NCBI GenBank assembly: GCA_013239625.1
Contig: MU057202.1
Span: 3,485,101-3,549,100 of the forward strand
Reading direction: 5' to 3'
Length of the DNA stretch: 64,000 nt
Source of the DNA: Lama guanicoe
Taxonomy: Eukaryota
Shown: one piece after another, positions 1 to 13,400 of the stretch
Numbering within the stretch: position 1 is the first letter of the stretch
Layout: the number at the start of each line of letters is the position of its first letter
Made by a program: the position numbers and the translations under genes
Notes under the pieces: generated by a model
Told to the model about the DNA's origin: nothing
The model's database searches: none
The model's input: the letters and a program-made list of their open reading frames with translations, nothing else

Positions 1-2889
1 GGCAAGAGGCACAGCCGGAGGAAGAACTGCAGGTCCCCTGAACGCTGATGCGTGGAAGGCATGGGGCCGGTGCTCCCGGGTGGCAGGAGTGTCAAGGGCA
101 AGAACCCTGGCTCCAGGGGCCAGCAGATCTGCCACCGATGGCCACTGTCCCCGTAACGCCACCCTAAGCCCCTGTGCGCTCATCCACGAAACGGCACCAC
201 ACCTGCTCACCTCTTAGGACTAAACGTGCAGAAAACAGGAAAGTCAGGGGAGACTAGAAAACCAGGGGCCCCGGGCCAGGCAGAGGCAGCAGACTGTGCG
301 TGGTGGGAAGTGGGCAGCTCTTGGGTGTCCCTGGAAAGCCACTCAGTCATGGACACACCTAGACCCAGGGCCAGAAGCCTGGGCCAGGAGGGCAAGGCGG
401 TCCCGAGTCTGCCCGTGGACATGGATGGAGGCTGCAGAGGAGGTGGGGTGACGAGTGGACACTGAGTCGGGAAAGCAACGCAGGTGTGCCCACGTGACCC
501 ATCCGCTGGAGGAGGCGGTCAGGGCCGCCGCCCACACGGGCACGCGGGGAACGAGGCCTTGTGCTCCAGGGGGCTGGGGAGCTGAGGCCCTGCGACCTCG
601 TACTCAGAGAGGCAGCTTGTCAACCACACCCAGACACGAGGCGAGCCTGCTGGGAGGCGCTCACCCGGGGGCCTGGGCAGCGTGGGCGGCCTGCTCTCGG
701 GTGAATCAGCACCCGCCCCCACCCCGGGGGAGGAGGCAGAGACACACAGCACCAAGCCTGCTCGGAGCTCTGGGAGGCCGCGTCCTGTGGTCACTACCAT
801 CCCGGCCGTCCGCGAGGGGAGAGGAGGGGGAAGCCGCTGCGGCGGCGGCTGCATTTCCTTTTAAAAAGCTCCCTTTAGTGCTGTTAGGACGATGCGTTGT
901 TTTAAATGGTGTTTTAACCATAAACAAAAATCAAGTAATTGAGGGGGGGAGGGGGGGAGGCTGGAGGTTCTGGGCCCCTCCCTGGGGCCCCTGCCCAGGA
1001 GGCCCCTCTGGCCTGACCACAGTCACCACCTTTGGCTGCTCCCACAGGCCCAAGCCATCTGTACACGTAGCGATTCTGTTCTTCTGTGTTCCCCCAGAGG
1101 GGGACGGCCACTAAGGGGCAGGGGAGGCAAGGATAGCCAGGGAGGGATGGGCCTCCCCCAGCCTCAGCTCTGGGGCTGGGACAGCTCCCCACCACGTGCT
1201 CAGGTCACAGACCCGGACGCACGCAGAGTCCCGAGCCCCCACCTGCTGTCAGGACAGAGGCAGGGCCCCTGGCAGAGCTGGCGGGCGCTTGGGCCCGTTT
1301 CAGCCGCCCGTTCACTGGGAAAGGAAACCACAAGAGGCAGCCGAGGTGGCCACGGTCCCTCTTTGTCCTGGGGCAGAAGCAGAGGCCCGGCTATATTTAC
1401 TTACAGAGAAAAACAGTGCAGGTCGGAGCCTGGTAAACAGCTGGCCCCGTTACAGGGAACCAAAAATACTCCCTATAATTATGGTGTTAAAACACACCAG
1501 AGAAGTCGACCCGCCCGCTCAGCAACAGCCCCGCGATGGCGCAGAGACTGGGGAGGCCAAGCACGCTGGCCCGAGGGTGCCCTGGAGTCACCGGGCGGCT
1601 GCCCGTCACACCCCCTCAGGACCACCGAGGCCTGGTCCCAGACTCACCGCCAGCCCAGGAGGCTCCTGATCCCAGCTCACCCCTGGAAACACGCTCCTCT
1701 GTGAGCAGGCAGGGGGAGCGCTGCTGTGGCCCCCAGGACCTAGAGTCACCTCACCCCACGCGCAGGGACCACAGCAGCGTTGGGCCCCCGGCCACTGACC
1801 AAGGCTTTCTCCTGAGAACGGGGAGAAAGGGGTGAAAAAGGATCTTAATCTTCTCTGGCATTTCACTGCTGCATGACAAGTATTCATACATCACTCGTGT
1901 AATTAAATCTAAATTAAAAACATCAAAGCAGATGGAGGGGATTGAGCCGCAGCCCTCCCCAGCCCTGCTCCTGCCGCGCCCTCCCCACCCCACCCCACCC
2001 AGACCCTCGACTGGCCACCACCAGGGCATCAGAGCCCCCCACTCCCCAGACCACCTGTTCGCTTCATTCCACAAAGGGCCCGACCTGGGGGCGCTGCACC
2101 TGTCTGGTGCCTTGAATCTGCCATCCTGCCCCCTCCCCAGCCTGGCTGACCGCCTCTCTCCCTCCAGCAGACGGGTCTCCCCAGGCCTGTCCAGCCCCGT
2201 GCTCGGGTGGGCTCTTGTTCTGCGTGGTGTTGCTGGGGGCACACCGCTGGGTACAGGTCACCAGCTGCCCTGTTTCCTTCCATCCGTGCTTAGCAAAGTG
2301 TGAACAAACGCGGCAAAGACACCTACAGAAACAAGGCACCGGGAGCTGGGGGGACCCAGACCTGCCTTCACAGCAAGGAGCCCTCAGCCTGGTGAGAAAG
2401 GAGAACTGGCCCGGCCCCTCCCACGCCCGCCACCACTGGCCCTGAACCAGAACCTAGGCTCCTGTCCAGAGCTCTGTCCCGTGAGACCTGGGTGAGAGAA
2501 CGCTTGAATGAACTGGGAGGACTGGGAGAGGTCCCACGTGAGCCCAGGAATCCGTGCAGGCGGGCGTCACACTCGGGGGCTGGGGGCCGGCTGCTGGCTG
2601 CCGGCTGCCGGCTGCAGACACCTCGGGCCCTGCACACCACGCCTCCCCCTCCTGGGAGCTGCCTGAGGCTGGCTGGGCTGACCTGCGTGCGGGGACCCTG
2701 GTGGTGGGCCGCCTTCCACTCCGGCCCCCAGAGGCCCAGCCGGGCTGCTGGCCACCGGCACTGAGGCTGGGCCGGCACATCTGGGAAAGCGCTCCGGGGC
2801 TCTGGGCCCTCCAGGACGGTGAGTGGGAGGGCTGCCCTGCCCCTACTCCAGTCCAGAGGCAGAGATCAGAGACCTGGGATCAGCCTTGA

Positions 2890-2960
2890 AGCTTTTATTG
2901 TCTCATTTACAGGCAAGGAAACTGAGGCGCAGAGAGAGGGGTGAGGGCCTGGCCAGTTCA
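2890..2960. mobile_element. MIR core fragment
   Basis: CTCATTTACAGGCAAGGAAACTGAGGCGCAGAGAG matches the MIR core. Similar fragments occur near 8600, 16250, 23520, 44470 and 44860. Confidence 0.6.
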
Positions 2961-5900
2961 GCGCAGGGCAGAGGCTGCTGCCACCCACAGACCCCTCCAG
3001 CAAAGCCAGCCTCCCCCCTCTGCTCCCTGAGACCTTCCACCCAGGCCCTCCCACAGGTAACACCCCGCCCACAGAAGGGGTGGGACTCACCTGCCCAGGG
3101 AAGGAACAGATTTCATCCCCAGATTCATTTCCTGCCTGTGTGTTCTTGGGGGAGTGGATGAACTCCCCCAGGAAACAGGCTTAACTCAACTCAGAGGGGT
3201 TCAAAGGTCAAGAGTGGGACGGAGCTCAGCCCAGAGCACCTGCAACCTCTCCGGCGCAGCCTCAGGCTCCGGCCCCTGCTCCCCCCGAGGGAAAGCGGGA
3301 GGCAGGCACCCAAGGCCGCTGCCTCGCAGAAGCCGCGTCTGAAGTGCTCCACGTCTTCACCGTGTCGAGGAGTGAGACTGCTTCAGTAACCAGAAGGAAA
3401 AACTCTCCACAGAAAGGAACCTGCATAAAAATATCTGTCTCTGTGTTTCTAAAGCAGATGACAGACAAAAGGCCAGCGTCACTGGACTCTAAGGAGAGGG
3501 GTTTCTGAGGACCAGGGTGGTCAAGAGCAGCTGGAGGCGGCCGGAGGGGCCTCCTGTAGTGGCTGGTTCTGTCTCACGACACTGCAAACCAAAGGCAGTC
3601 CCCTGCGGCTGTGCTCAGAGCAGGCGGGGCTCCTTTGCCTCTTGGTCTCTGAGCTCCGAAAGCAAATGCAGTGCCATGTCAGAGGGAGCGCGCCACCCAG
3701 GAGGCAGCCCTGGGGCCAGGATCCAGATCCTCCCCACCATCCACACTTCCTCTGCAGGGCCCTTCCCGCTGGGCCCGGCTGCCAGGGAGATGACCACAGG
3801 TGACCCGTCCTCAGCTCCCAGGCTGACCCCAGCCCCTTCCTGAAAACACACACACTGACCCCTCAGGTCCCATCAGCCAGGCACCCCCGTCCTGTGACTC
3901 ATTCACTCTTCTGAGGGCCTGCAGGAGGCAGTGTCTCCTCCCAAAGGCTGCACAGGAAAGCAAGCCCCACCCCTCGCTCTGCAGGCCTCTGGACGGGACA
4001 GACCTGGGCTCTCCACTGGCTCTGAGCACCTAGTTGAGCATCACCCCCGGCCAGGGGGGACTCTCAGGCCGGGGTCCCAGCAGGGCCCTGCCGTCCCAGG
4101 CCTCCGTCTTCCCACTGAGATGGTGGTAGTGAAAACGCTACGAAAAGGAGGAAGTGTCCCCATTCTCAACAGTAACACGACAGCGACAATCAGGCTGGCG
4201 CAGGTGACGCCCAGCGCATGGTGGGCGGGCCCGCGAGGCAGGAGGCCCATCCGACAGGCAGAGCCACAACACCGCGCTGCGTGTTTCCCGAGCCACTGAC
4301 ACAATTCCAGCGCCCTAACCGCATTCTAACCACCTGCCCAGCGGCCAGTGTTTGTTTCTGGATGGCCCTTCGCTCAAGAGTCGGGAGGCGTGGCCCATTC
4401 CCTGGGAATCACACAGCGTTCTGCCCTGATGTCGCTCTAGAACCTTCCAGCCATGGGTCCTGACTCCCCAGGGCTGCAGGCACAACAGGCAAGCCATCTG
4501 AGGCCGTCACCCTTCTTGGGGGAGCTGGGGAGTCCCTGTCATGACCAGGAGGTGGAGGTGGGATTGTCGGGGAGTCCAGCTGGGCGTGGCGTGGAGGAGG
4601 GGGCACCCCAGGATGACTCAAACCCTCACCAGCCGGCTCAGGGCACCAGTCTGACTAACACCCTCTGAAGGCCTAATCCAGCACCCACCACTCACTATGA
4701 AAACACGGCAGAACTAGCCATTGCTACCAGAGCTCATCACAGAGCGAGGTGGCGCTCAGAAGGCAGCCAGCTGGGCCTTGCCCACAGCAACACAGCAAGG
4801 CCCCCTCCCCCGGACCGGAGAGCCAGCCCCCACTCTCAGGAGTCTCCAGGGCAGGACTCTTGGCCAGCTCAACATCACCCTGCCCTGAAGCTTAAAAATT
4901 ACCAAAGGCCGAGCCCCACGGCCAGGCACAGAATCCACGTGGGGTGTGGCCTGGGCGCCAGCCTTTTTTTTTTTAATTAATAGACTTTATTTGGGGGGCA
5001 GTTTTAAGTTTAACTGAGTAAAGCACACAAAGAATCAGTCATCAGCATGTGCGAAGCTCCCAGCTGACTCCAGCATGGTGCAGGGGGGAGCCCGGAGCCA
5101 GTCCGCCGCTGCGACCGGAGAAGCAGAGGGCCACCCCCGTCACCCACCTGGGTGGCAGCCAGGAGCCCGAGAACCCAGACTAATTCTCACAAGCAGCAAA
5201 CCCCAGCCCGGCCACTAGTTCTGGCACAGCCCACAAGGTAGGAGTGGCGGTTACAGTTTTTAACAGTCGGGAAAAATATCAGAAGAGTTCATGATGTGAA
5301 AATATTTACTCCGCAGACCATCGCAGGAAAAGCCTGCCGACCCTGCCCCAGGAAGCCACGCCGCTGGGGGAGGGCGGCCCTCCGGAGGGAGCCCCACCCG
5401 GGCAGGCCTAACAATTCCCTGCCGGTCTTCAGAGGCCAAGTGGCCGCAGGTGTGCTGCGGGGCCCTCAGAAGCGAACCTGCACCTCTGAGACGCTCACCA
5501 GGAGCTTCCAAGCCCAACCGCCTCCCGCTGGGTCTGTTCGGCTTGTCTGTAACGTCTGTTTTCCAGAGACACCACGCATCCCTGAGCACATCCCAGGCCG
5601 CTCTGTCCACACCAAGGCTGACTCAGACCCTCCTCCCCGACCTCAATGGTTTTCATTGATTCCTGTCCTGAAAATTTCCCCAAGTTTCACCACCTTTCTC
5701 TGCTACAAATCAAAACACTGTCTGGGAGCAGGCTGCTCTGGGTCCCCTGGCCTCTGGAGCCTGCTCCTACCTTTCACAGAAGTTGGCAGAGCCCACCTGG
5801 AGTGACTGAAGGAGCTCTGGAAAGGTTTTAAAAGTAAAAACACCTCCACCCACTGAGGTCCGGAAGACCTCCATCCACAGGCAGACTCACAATGCAAACC

Positions 5901-6559
5901 ATTCCACGTTTCCGTGAATTAATCCAATCAGACCACTTTCCAGCTCACACCCAGTAGAGACAGCCCAGTGGAGGTGAGGGCTGAGGGCCGGCATGTGAAG
6001 GGTGGAATGAGTCTCCCGCACCCCGCCCTGGGCACAGGGAGGCCAGAAGGGGTGTCCAAAGAGGGGAGGGGCCGCCAGGCACAAGAACCAAGCAACGTGC
6101 TTTCGGGAAGGGGCACCGAAGGTATGGCAGGCGGCGGGCACTGATGTCAAGGTTGGGGACCCTCATATCTCGATGCCAGAGCCTTCTGGGGGGGCATTCC
6201 CACCCCCAGCCCAGCGGGCCCCTCCCACAGCACTAGAGCTCAACGGAGTAAGCCAGGGCACCAGGAAGGGCAGGGAGGAACACAAACTATTTTTTTCCAG
6301 AGCACGGGCCTTCCCTAGTCGCGCACGGGGTGGGGACGGGAAGGGGAAGGGTGAGGGGGGCCGAGCCCAGGGCACGACGTTAGTTCTGCTCCGGAGGCTC
6401 CAGATTAAACAGCTCCAGGCAGGAAGACCGCCTTCTCCCAGATTGGTCAGGAAGTCATGATGCAAGTTTGCAATTTTTTTTTTTAATACGAAAGAGAAAA
6501 AGAGATTCGTGCCCCCCTCACCAGCGCTCCAGCCCCTCCCAGAGGGGCCAGCACCGTAC

Positions 6560-7850
6560 CCCACCCCCGTGCCCCTACGCCCAGCGCCCCGGGCGGAGGC
6601 CCTAACCGCCCTCTCTGGGGGCGCTGGCTGCCCGCCCCCGTGGGCGCCCGGGTGCCATCTGCCCGCCGCCCCGCCGCCGCCCTCCCAGCCTGGCGCTCGG
6701 ACGGGCCCGGCCTCCCCGGCCGCCGCGGCGCTCTCATGCTTCTGGAATGCGGGCGCCCAGGGCCGCGCGTCCCGGGGAATCTCCGCGCCCGCCCGCGCAC
6801 GGTCCTAGCCCCGGCCAGCCTCACTGGGCGGCGGGGCCGGAAGGCTGCGAGCAGGGACGCAGACCTTGTCCCAGCACGGCGCCCGCCGCGCCCGCCCGAC
6901 TCACCGGCCAGAAGCGCGAAGGGCAGCAGCAGCCAGTAGAGGACGGCGCCGAGCACGTGCGGCTCCATGCCCGAGGGGCCCGCGGGGCCGGCCCGGGGTC
7001 GCTCGGCCTCCGCGGCGCTAAGGGGCGGCGCGGGGGATCCGGGGCCCGCGCGCCATGGCGCACAGGGCGGGTCGCCGCACGTGCCGCGCGCCGCGGCCAG
7101 GGCCCGGCTGGTCGGCGGGGACGGGAGCGCCTCCGCGCCCTCCTGCTCCTGCTCCTACGGCCGGTGCCCGCCGTGCCCCGCGGGTGCCGACGGCCGAGGC
7201 CTGCGCTCGCCCCGGTGGGAGTCCTGCCCCGCGGCGGAGCGCAGCGCGCGGCTCTGGGCTCCTTGCGGAGGCCGAGCTGGGCCGGACGCGGCTCGGCGGC
7301 TCCCTCCTCCCTCGGCCCGCCCGCGGGCCTTTATAGGCTCGGCCCCCCGCCCTCCCGGCGTGCCCGCCTCCGCGCCTCCCCGACGGCCCTGCGCACTCCG
7401 GCGCGCCCTCCGCGGCTCCACGCGGCGCGCGCCGCCCCCGGCCCTCCTGGACGCGGCCGGCCGGCAGGGACCCGACACCGCCGTGCGGCGCACGCCCCGG
7501 GAAGACCCCGGGTCTCAACAGCCTAGGCGCTGCAGCTCCGCGTCGCGTGGGGACGGGCAGGCGCCACTTTTCCGCCGGCGGATCCCGCTGGAGCGCTCGT
7601 TAAAGGCCGGGCTTTCCCGGGCAGCACCCCACGCGCAACTGCGCCCCGCGTGGCAGGAGCGGCTGAGGCTTCGCTCCCGCGGACGTGAGCCCGCAGCGCC
7701 CCCTGGGGACCACGGGGTGGCTCGGAGGCCCCGCGCTCAGGGCCAGGGCCACCGCGGAGCGGTGGATCAGGTGGGAGGCCCCGCGAAGCCCGCCGGGGGC
7801 TGGGGGCCGCTTCCACTCGCGCCCGCCACCACCCCCGGCTCTGCCTTCAT
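6560..7850 (-). promoter_or_regulatory. PIEZO1: PIEZO1 CpG-island promoter with TATA box
   Basis: Very CpG-dense. TATAAA on the minus strand at 7330..7335, about 360 nt upstream of the ATG, implies a TSS near 7300. Confidence 0.8.
6905..6968 (-). CDS. PIEZO1: PIEZO1 mechanosensitive ion channel, coding exon 1 (gene continues beyond the left edge; 1..6904 is intron 1)
   Basis: ATG at 6968 encodes MEPHVLGAVLYWLLLPFALLA+G, matching the PIEZO1 N-terminus. The 64-nt exon ends at a CG|GTGAGT donor (6905/6904), lies in a CpG island and sits next to CDT1 as expected from synteny. Confidence 0.96.
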
Positions 7851-10029
7851 CATGTTGCTGTAGGAGGGAAGTGACAACTGCCCTGGGGCGGACAGGGCAG
7901 GGTCTGAGCCCAGGCTGTGCTGGGCACTTCCCCCAAGCCCCCTAGGCTGTCCTTCACCACCCTTGAGTTGGGTTGGGAAAGAAGAAAGGGAGAGGGTCAC
8001 ACAGTGTTAGAGGCAGAGCCCACCAGGGTGCCTGGGCTCAGTCCTGGGTGAGGGACTGAGGAGCCTGGTGGGTGCGGGGGACCCCGAGAGTCTGCAGCCC
8101 GCACTGCCCGGCTCCAGGCGGGCTGAGGATGCCAGCTCCAACACAGCCCCTGACCCTCCCACAACGCTGACTTCCCTGAAGTCTGGTGTTTAAATGCTAA
8201 TTGGTTTTCTACCCGCCTCTCCTTCTGCCTGCTCGTTCCTGTCTTAACTCCCGGCCAGAGTCATGTCTGATCCTGGACTTTTTCTAGACCCCTTGAGACT
8301 TGTAGCCTTAGGGTCCTCCCCAAGGTCAGAGCTAGGGACGTGCGGTCTAGCTAATTGAGAGTTCCAGGACCCACCTGTAAATACGGCATGTTCTCAGCCT
8401 CTTGCAGAGATGGCTGGAACCACCCTCAAGTTCAGGCCCAAATCTAGCCACCTGCGGCCGTCCCTTGGCAAGGACTGCAGCCAGGGTCTCTGAGCAGTGC
8501 CAGGGTCAACAGAGGTGCCAGAAGGATATCCCCCAGCAGCTCCACTGGCTGCTGGCCTCATGCCCCAGGAGGCAAGTCTCCTCTTGGTGCCTCAGGGGCA
8601 TCTATGGGATGGGGTGGGTGCCCAGCTGCAGAATTGTGAGGATTTAAGAGGAGACTGTGTAAAAGTTGACGTGAAGTAACACGCATCCTTGAGGGGTTAC
8701 CATCAGTCCCCTTGGTTACCCCCATCATCATTCTTACCTGGGCTGTGGGCTAGAGAGGCGGGGTGAGGGGCGCTCACCCAGAATGCCAGCGGTGGGAGGC
8801 ATCAGGGTTAGGGCTCCCCTCGCCCTGTCCTCTGCCTGGCCTGCCCTCGGGGTGACCAGGGGTCAGCTGGAGCCCCTCTCGGGACACTGACGTCCACCTG
8901 CACAGGGCCTTGTTTGCTCAAAGGGTTTACATGCAAAGACCGCAAACAGTTTAAAAACCACTCCCTTAAGCTAAGTCCTTACAAGGACTCTCGCAAGAGC
9001 AAAGTCTGGGGAGGGGGGAGGCAGGAGGACTCAGAGAGCGAGTCCAAGGGGAGGACAGCCCCAGGCAGGCAGGCCCACAGCCCCCAGACCCACCGCAGCA
9101 ACAAGGACCTGACTCACAGAGCCTCCCACCCTCCAGTCTGGCTCCAGAACACAGAATTTGTCCTGCAGGTGGGCCGGGGAAGGAGCAGATAGTATGTGTC
9201 CAAGAATTGTGAGCAGCAAAAGACAGGGGAAAGACTGTTGTGGCCAATCCGGGAGCCGTTACATAAATCACAGCGTATCCTGCAGCGGAGGACTTCAAAG
9301 CGGTTAGATTCAAGCAACAATCCGTGCAGCAATAAGGAACAATCTCTAAGACACAGTATTACAACTGCGAGAAGCAGAGGCTCGCCCTCATCCGCACAGA
9401 CACCGCATCTCTGGGGGGCACACAGGTGTGGCCGGGCCAGCAGGGTGCGGCTGCACTGTCCGATGGGAGGGAAACCTAATGATCACTGAAATGCCCTTTT
9501 TATTTTTATTTTTAAACTTATTTTTATTTAAACATCTTTGAAACGCCCTTTGTGTTTGATTTTTCACCATGTGCATGTGTCACCGATTCACAAAATAAAT
9601 TTTAAATGAGCACATGTGGGGACAGATTTTCAGCAGCAGAACTTCCTGACCTGCAGACTTGCCAAGCAAGGGGCGGGGGCTGGGGCGGGGGGGAGGCGGG
9701 CAGCTGCCTGTTGAGTAACACGTGTCTAATCCTTTGCAGACCAGGACACATGGGCCAAGAGGGGAAGTCATTTGCCAAAGGACTAGTCAGGCCCAGTGCC
9801 CAATTTTCTTGATTCCAAGCCCAAAGCCATCTCTGTCCCACCACCCTGCAACTCGGGCCCCTACTGCACTTGTTGACTGAAGTGGTACTCGAGTCTTGAA
9901 GAGCAAGAGGGGTGAGGTCCCTCAGGGAGCCAGAAAGGCCAGGGCAGGAGTGGCATCAGAGGGTACTTTACCTCTTTCCCAAGGGCTACACGACCATCGC
10001 TACCTGTCTCTAAACTCACATATTAAAGA

Positions 10030-10450
10030 GGAAACAACACAAGTGCCTGTGAACAGATGAATGGATAAACTAAATGTGGTCCGTCCACACGATGGAACAT
10101 TATTCAGCCATAAAAAGGGAGGTCCTCATGCTGCTCCAAGCGGGTGAAGCTTGGGAACATTCTGCCAAGTGAAAGAAGTCAGACACAAACGGACACGTTT
10201 TGTACAATTCCACTCACACGAAACATCTGGGAGAGGCAGATGTTTCAGAAGCTAGATTACAGGTTCCCAGGGGCCGAGTGAGGCGGGAATGGGGAGTAAT
10301 TATTTAACAGGTGCACAGTTTCTTATCAGGATGATGAGAAGATGCAGGGAACAGTGGCGATGGTGACATAATAACACACCTACTTCATGCCGCTGAGTCG
10401 CACACTTGAAAAAATCACTTTTATATTATGGATTTTTACCACTATAAACA
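10030..10450 (+). mobile_element. Old LINE-1 (L1M) 3' fragment
   Basis: GAATGGATAAACTAAATGTGGT..CACACGATGGAACATTATTCAGCCATAAAAAG and the downstream sequence resemble the L1 ORF2 end and 3' UTR; AT-rich island. Confidence 0.8.
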
Positions 10451-13400
10451 ACTACCATGGGAGGTACGCACATAGTGAGAAGATTTTCCAGCAGCCCACA
10501 CGCTATCTTCCTCCCACTGGGAGCCTCCCAGAGGCAACCACGTTCTCTGTTTCTTCTGAACATCGTTTTCCTGACTCCCAGCCAGAGACTTGATGAGACT
10601 GGGGGTTATTATTCAATTTCCCCAAGTGTGTTCCCACTGAGTCTCCACAGCCCTCCTGCCCTGGAAACAAGACCAGGAGTCGGTCCAGAGGAGCACACCC
10701 AAAAGTCCTGCTTCCGCCAGCGGATCCCGGGCGGACGGGCCTGGCTGCTTCTGGGGGCCGTGTCCCATGGGAGCCACAGAACTGGCCTCAAGTAACTGTC
10801 CCCTCCTGGCCCCTGCCCACCTGGAATTGGCCGAATGGCTGCTTCCTGTCTGCGAGAAGGCCCAGCATTTGGCTCTGACCCTGCTCAGGACGTGACCAAC
10901 CAGGGTCAGCGGTGGCTCCTGGTTCTGCATCCATGGCTCCAATTTGGTCCGGAACCTGCCTGCTGGCCCTGGCTGAGTGGGGAGGCTGGGAATTGGAACC
11001 TACTACTGGGGAACATGCCGCAGGTGCCCGCGGCTGGGAGCCCTTCCCAGGCTGCCACCAGGAACGCATGGGCACCAAACCCATACCCGCTGGTGGAGCT
11101 GTGGGGAGAGGTGGCCAGATGGGTGGCTGGTGTTCTCCACGTGAAGCCGACTGTTAGAAGTGAGTCAGCGGTTTCCCTAGCCTCAGCTCGGCAGTAAAAC
11201 CACACTCCAGCTGGACAGTTGATGGAGGGGCCGGCCGAACTCGAGTGGGGCTGATAGTCCCTGTGGACCAGCTGCTGTGTCCTCCGTGGCTGACAGGCTA
11301 GCGGGACCGGTAGGGTGGGGGTGACAGGCTCTCACTCAGCTGAGACTGACGGCTCTGCCCAGCCCTCTGCAGCCGGGCTCACGCCAGCATCTGGTGCTTC
11401 TGCATCTCCACCTGGGAAGGCAGTGAGGCGGACTGTGCAGCAGCAGTGGGGACGGGGGCAGGAAGGGCTGTCACGAGCAGAGGCTGGGTCTGAGAGTGGA
11501 GGCCTGGCCCTGCCTGTGAACTGAGATCATTTCTACCATCAGTTTTCAGGGTTATGTCTAGCACCAAACTTCCACCGAGCAAGTGAATGAAGGAACAGAG
11601 GAGACAGGCTAACGTTGGGTGGAAACGTGGAGAGACTCCTTGTCTGGCGAGAGTTGAGGGGGGCGTCCCCTCCCACTGGGCATCTTCAGGGTGGGACGGG
11701 CTCGCTCACCCCTAGGCTGGTGCCCGGCACGTGTGACGGGACGTGAGGCCCGAGTGAGCCGGCCACCACCTCCTCATTGATTAGGACCTGGGGGCACCAG
11801 TGGTCTTAGAGATCAGTGACACAAAAGGATTTGTAACACGTGGGGAAACAGCTCAGAGAAGGGGATGCCAGGCCCAAGGGCAGTCCAGGCCCACTCGCCC
11901 AGGGTCCGCCAGGTCCTGGGACGCCAGGGCGAGGGTGGGCAGGGTGGCCCTTGCAACAGGGAGGCCCAGGCTGGCTTCAGGTACTCCCGGGGCCTCCCAT
12001 GCAGGGGATCCCTTCTCCCAGGGGTCCACAGGCCACACAGAGCAAGGCGCTGGGGGGAGGAGATGGTTTCTCATACTAACTGTGCCTCACTCTGGATGTC
12101 AGGGAAAATTCTGAGATCTCATTGCCCCAGCAGCACTCTGAAGGAACAAGGGGAGGACAAGGCCGGCATCACGGGGGGAGCAGAGGAGGACCAGGCCTCG
12201 GGCCAAGGCCCGCCTGCTCTCCAGCCCTCTGGGTGCTCACTGGCCTCCCCCAGCCATGCTGACTCACCGCGCCCCCGCATCTGGGCCCACCGCAGAGGCT
12301 GGCTCTCCCAGGGGCCTGGTCAGGCTGAGAGCCAAGTGCCTGGCCTGTGTGTGGCCTTGGCTGCCCCCGACCTGGCCCCTTCTCCACCCACACCGCCAGG
12401 GGAGCGGATGCCAGGCACATCCCGCGCCGTCCTCACTTGCAGGTGCTCTGGGATGGAGGTTTGACGCATGGATCCCCCCACCACCTCCAGCCTAAGCGCC
12501 TCTTGGGTTCCCGCTGGCAGTCTGTCCTGGCACTCTGACTGGTTTTCTCGCAATCGCTGGGGTGGTACGGACCACCGGCCCCGGGGCTGCCCAGGGAAGG
12601 GAGGAGAGCACCCCTTGCCGGCCCCAAGTGACAGTGGGCAGGTGGGCAGCAGGTGGCTCTGGAGAGCAGAGCGCTGGCTGGAGAGCCGGTGGGAGGCATC
12701 CTCTCCAGCCTGGGACTCCGGCCAGGGGCAGACATGGGAGACAGGAGGGCCTGTGGTCCCCGACGCTGACGGTGCCCACCTGTGCACAATGCAGAGGAAC
12801 TGTAGCTGACCTCTGACCTGTGGGAGCTGGTGGATAAGCTTCTCCTTTCTCCCCTGGGCAGCCCTGAGATGCGATCTCCTCGGATCTGGGGGGACAGCCA
12901 TGTGCAACTGAGCCGCAGCTTCCCACAGAGACACGTCTTCCCCCGGCTCCTCCGTCCCGTCTCGCTCCCCAGGCCCCTCGCCCACTCCCCGCAGGCATGC
13001 TGACGGCAGGACACCCGCCACTCACTGGGAGGCCGTCTCAGTTACTCCAAGCCTCCACACCCGATGCACCGGCCTTGGCACCAGGCTGGTCTTTAATTCT
13101 GGCCCAGTCGCAGGGGGCTGAGAGGAGTGCTCAGCAGCAGAGCGCCCACTGTCTGCGAGCTGAGGGCCTCCTGCACTACCTCAGCGTCTAGGTTGTGGAC
13201 CTACTGTCCACGGAGGTGTCCTGGTCCCAGTGCAGAAAGAAACCAGCCCAGTACCCCCTGGATACAGGACAGAGGGCTCGGAGAACTGACCCTCACCACG
13301 CGGGGCAAAGCCAGCCACAGCTGTGTTGTGCAGAAAGGCCGCCTCCGTCCCCTTCCCCCTAGCACGCGCTGCACAGGCTCTCAGCGGGCAGGGAGCGCGG

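Noticed and set aside
6747-7863. Long overlapping ORFs (259 and 298 aa) over the PIEZO1 promoter
   Set aside because: Ala/Arg/Pro/Gly-rich, open in several frames on both strands: stop-codon scarcity in a CpG island.
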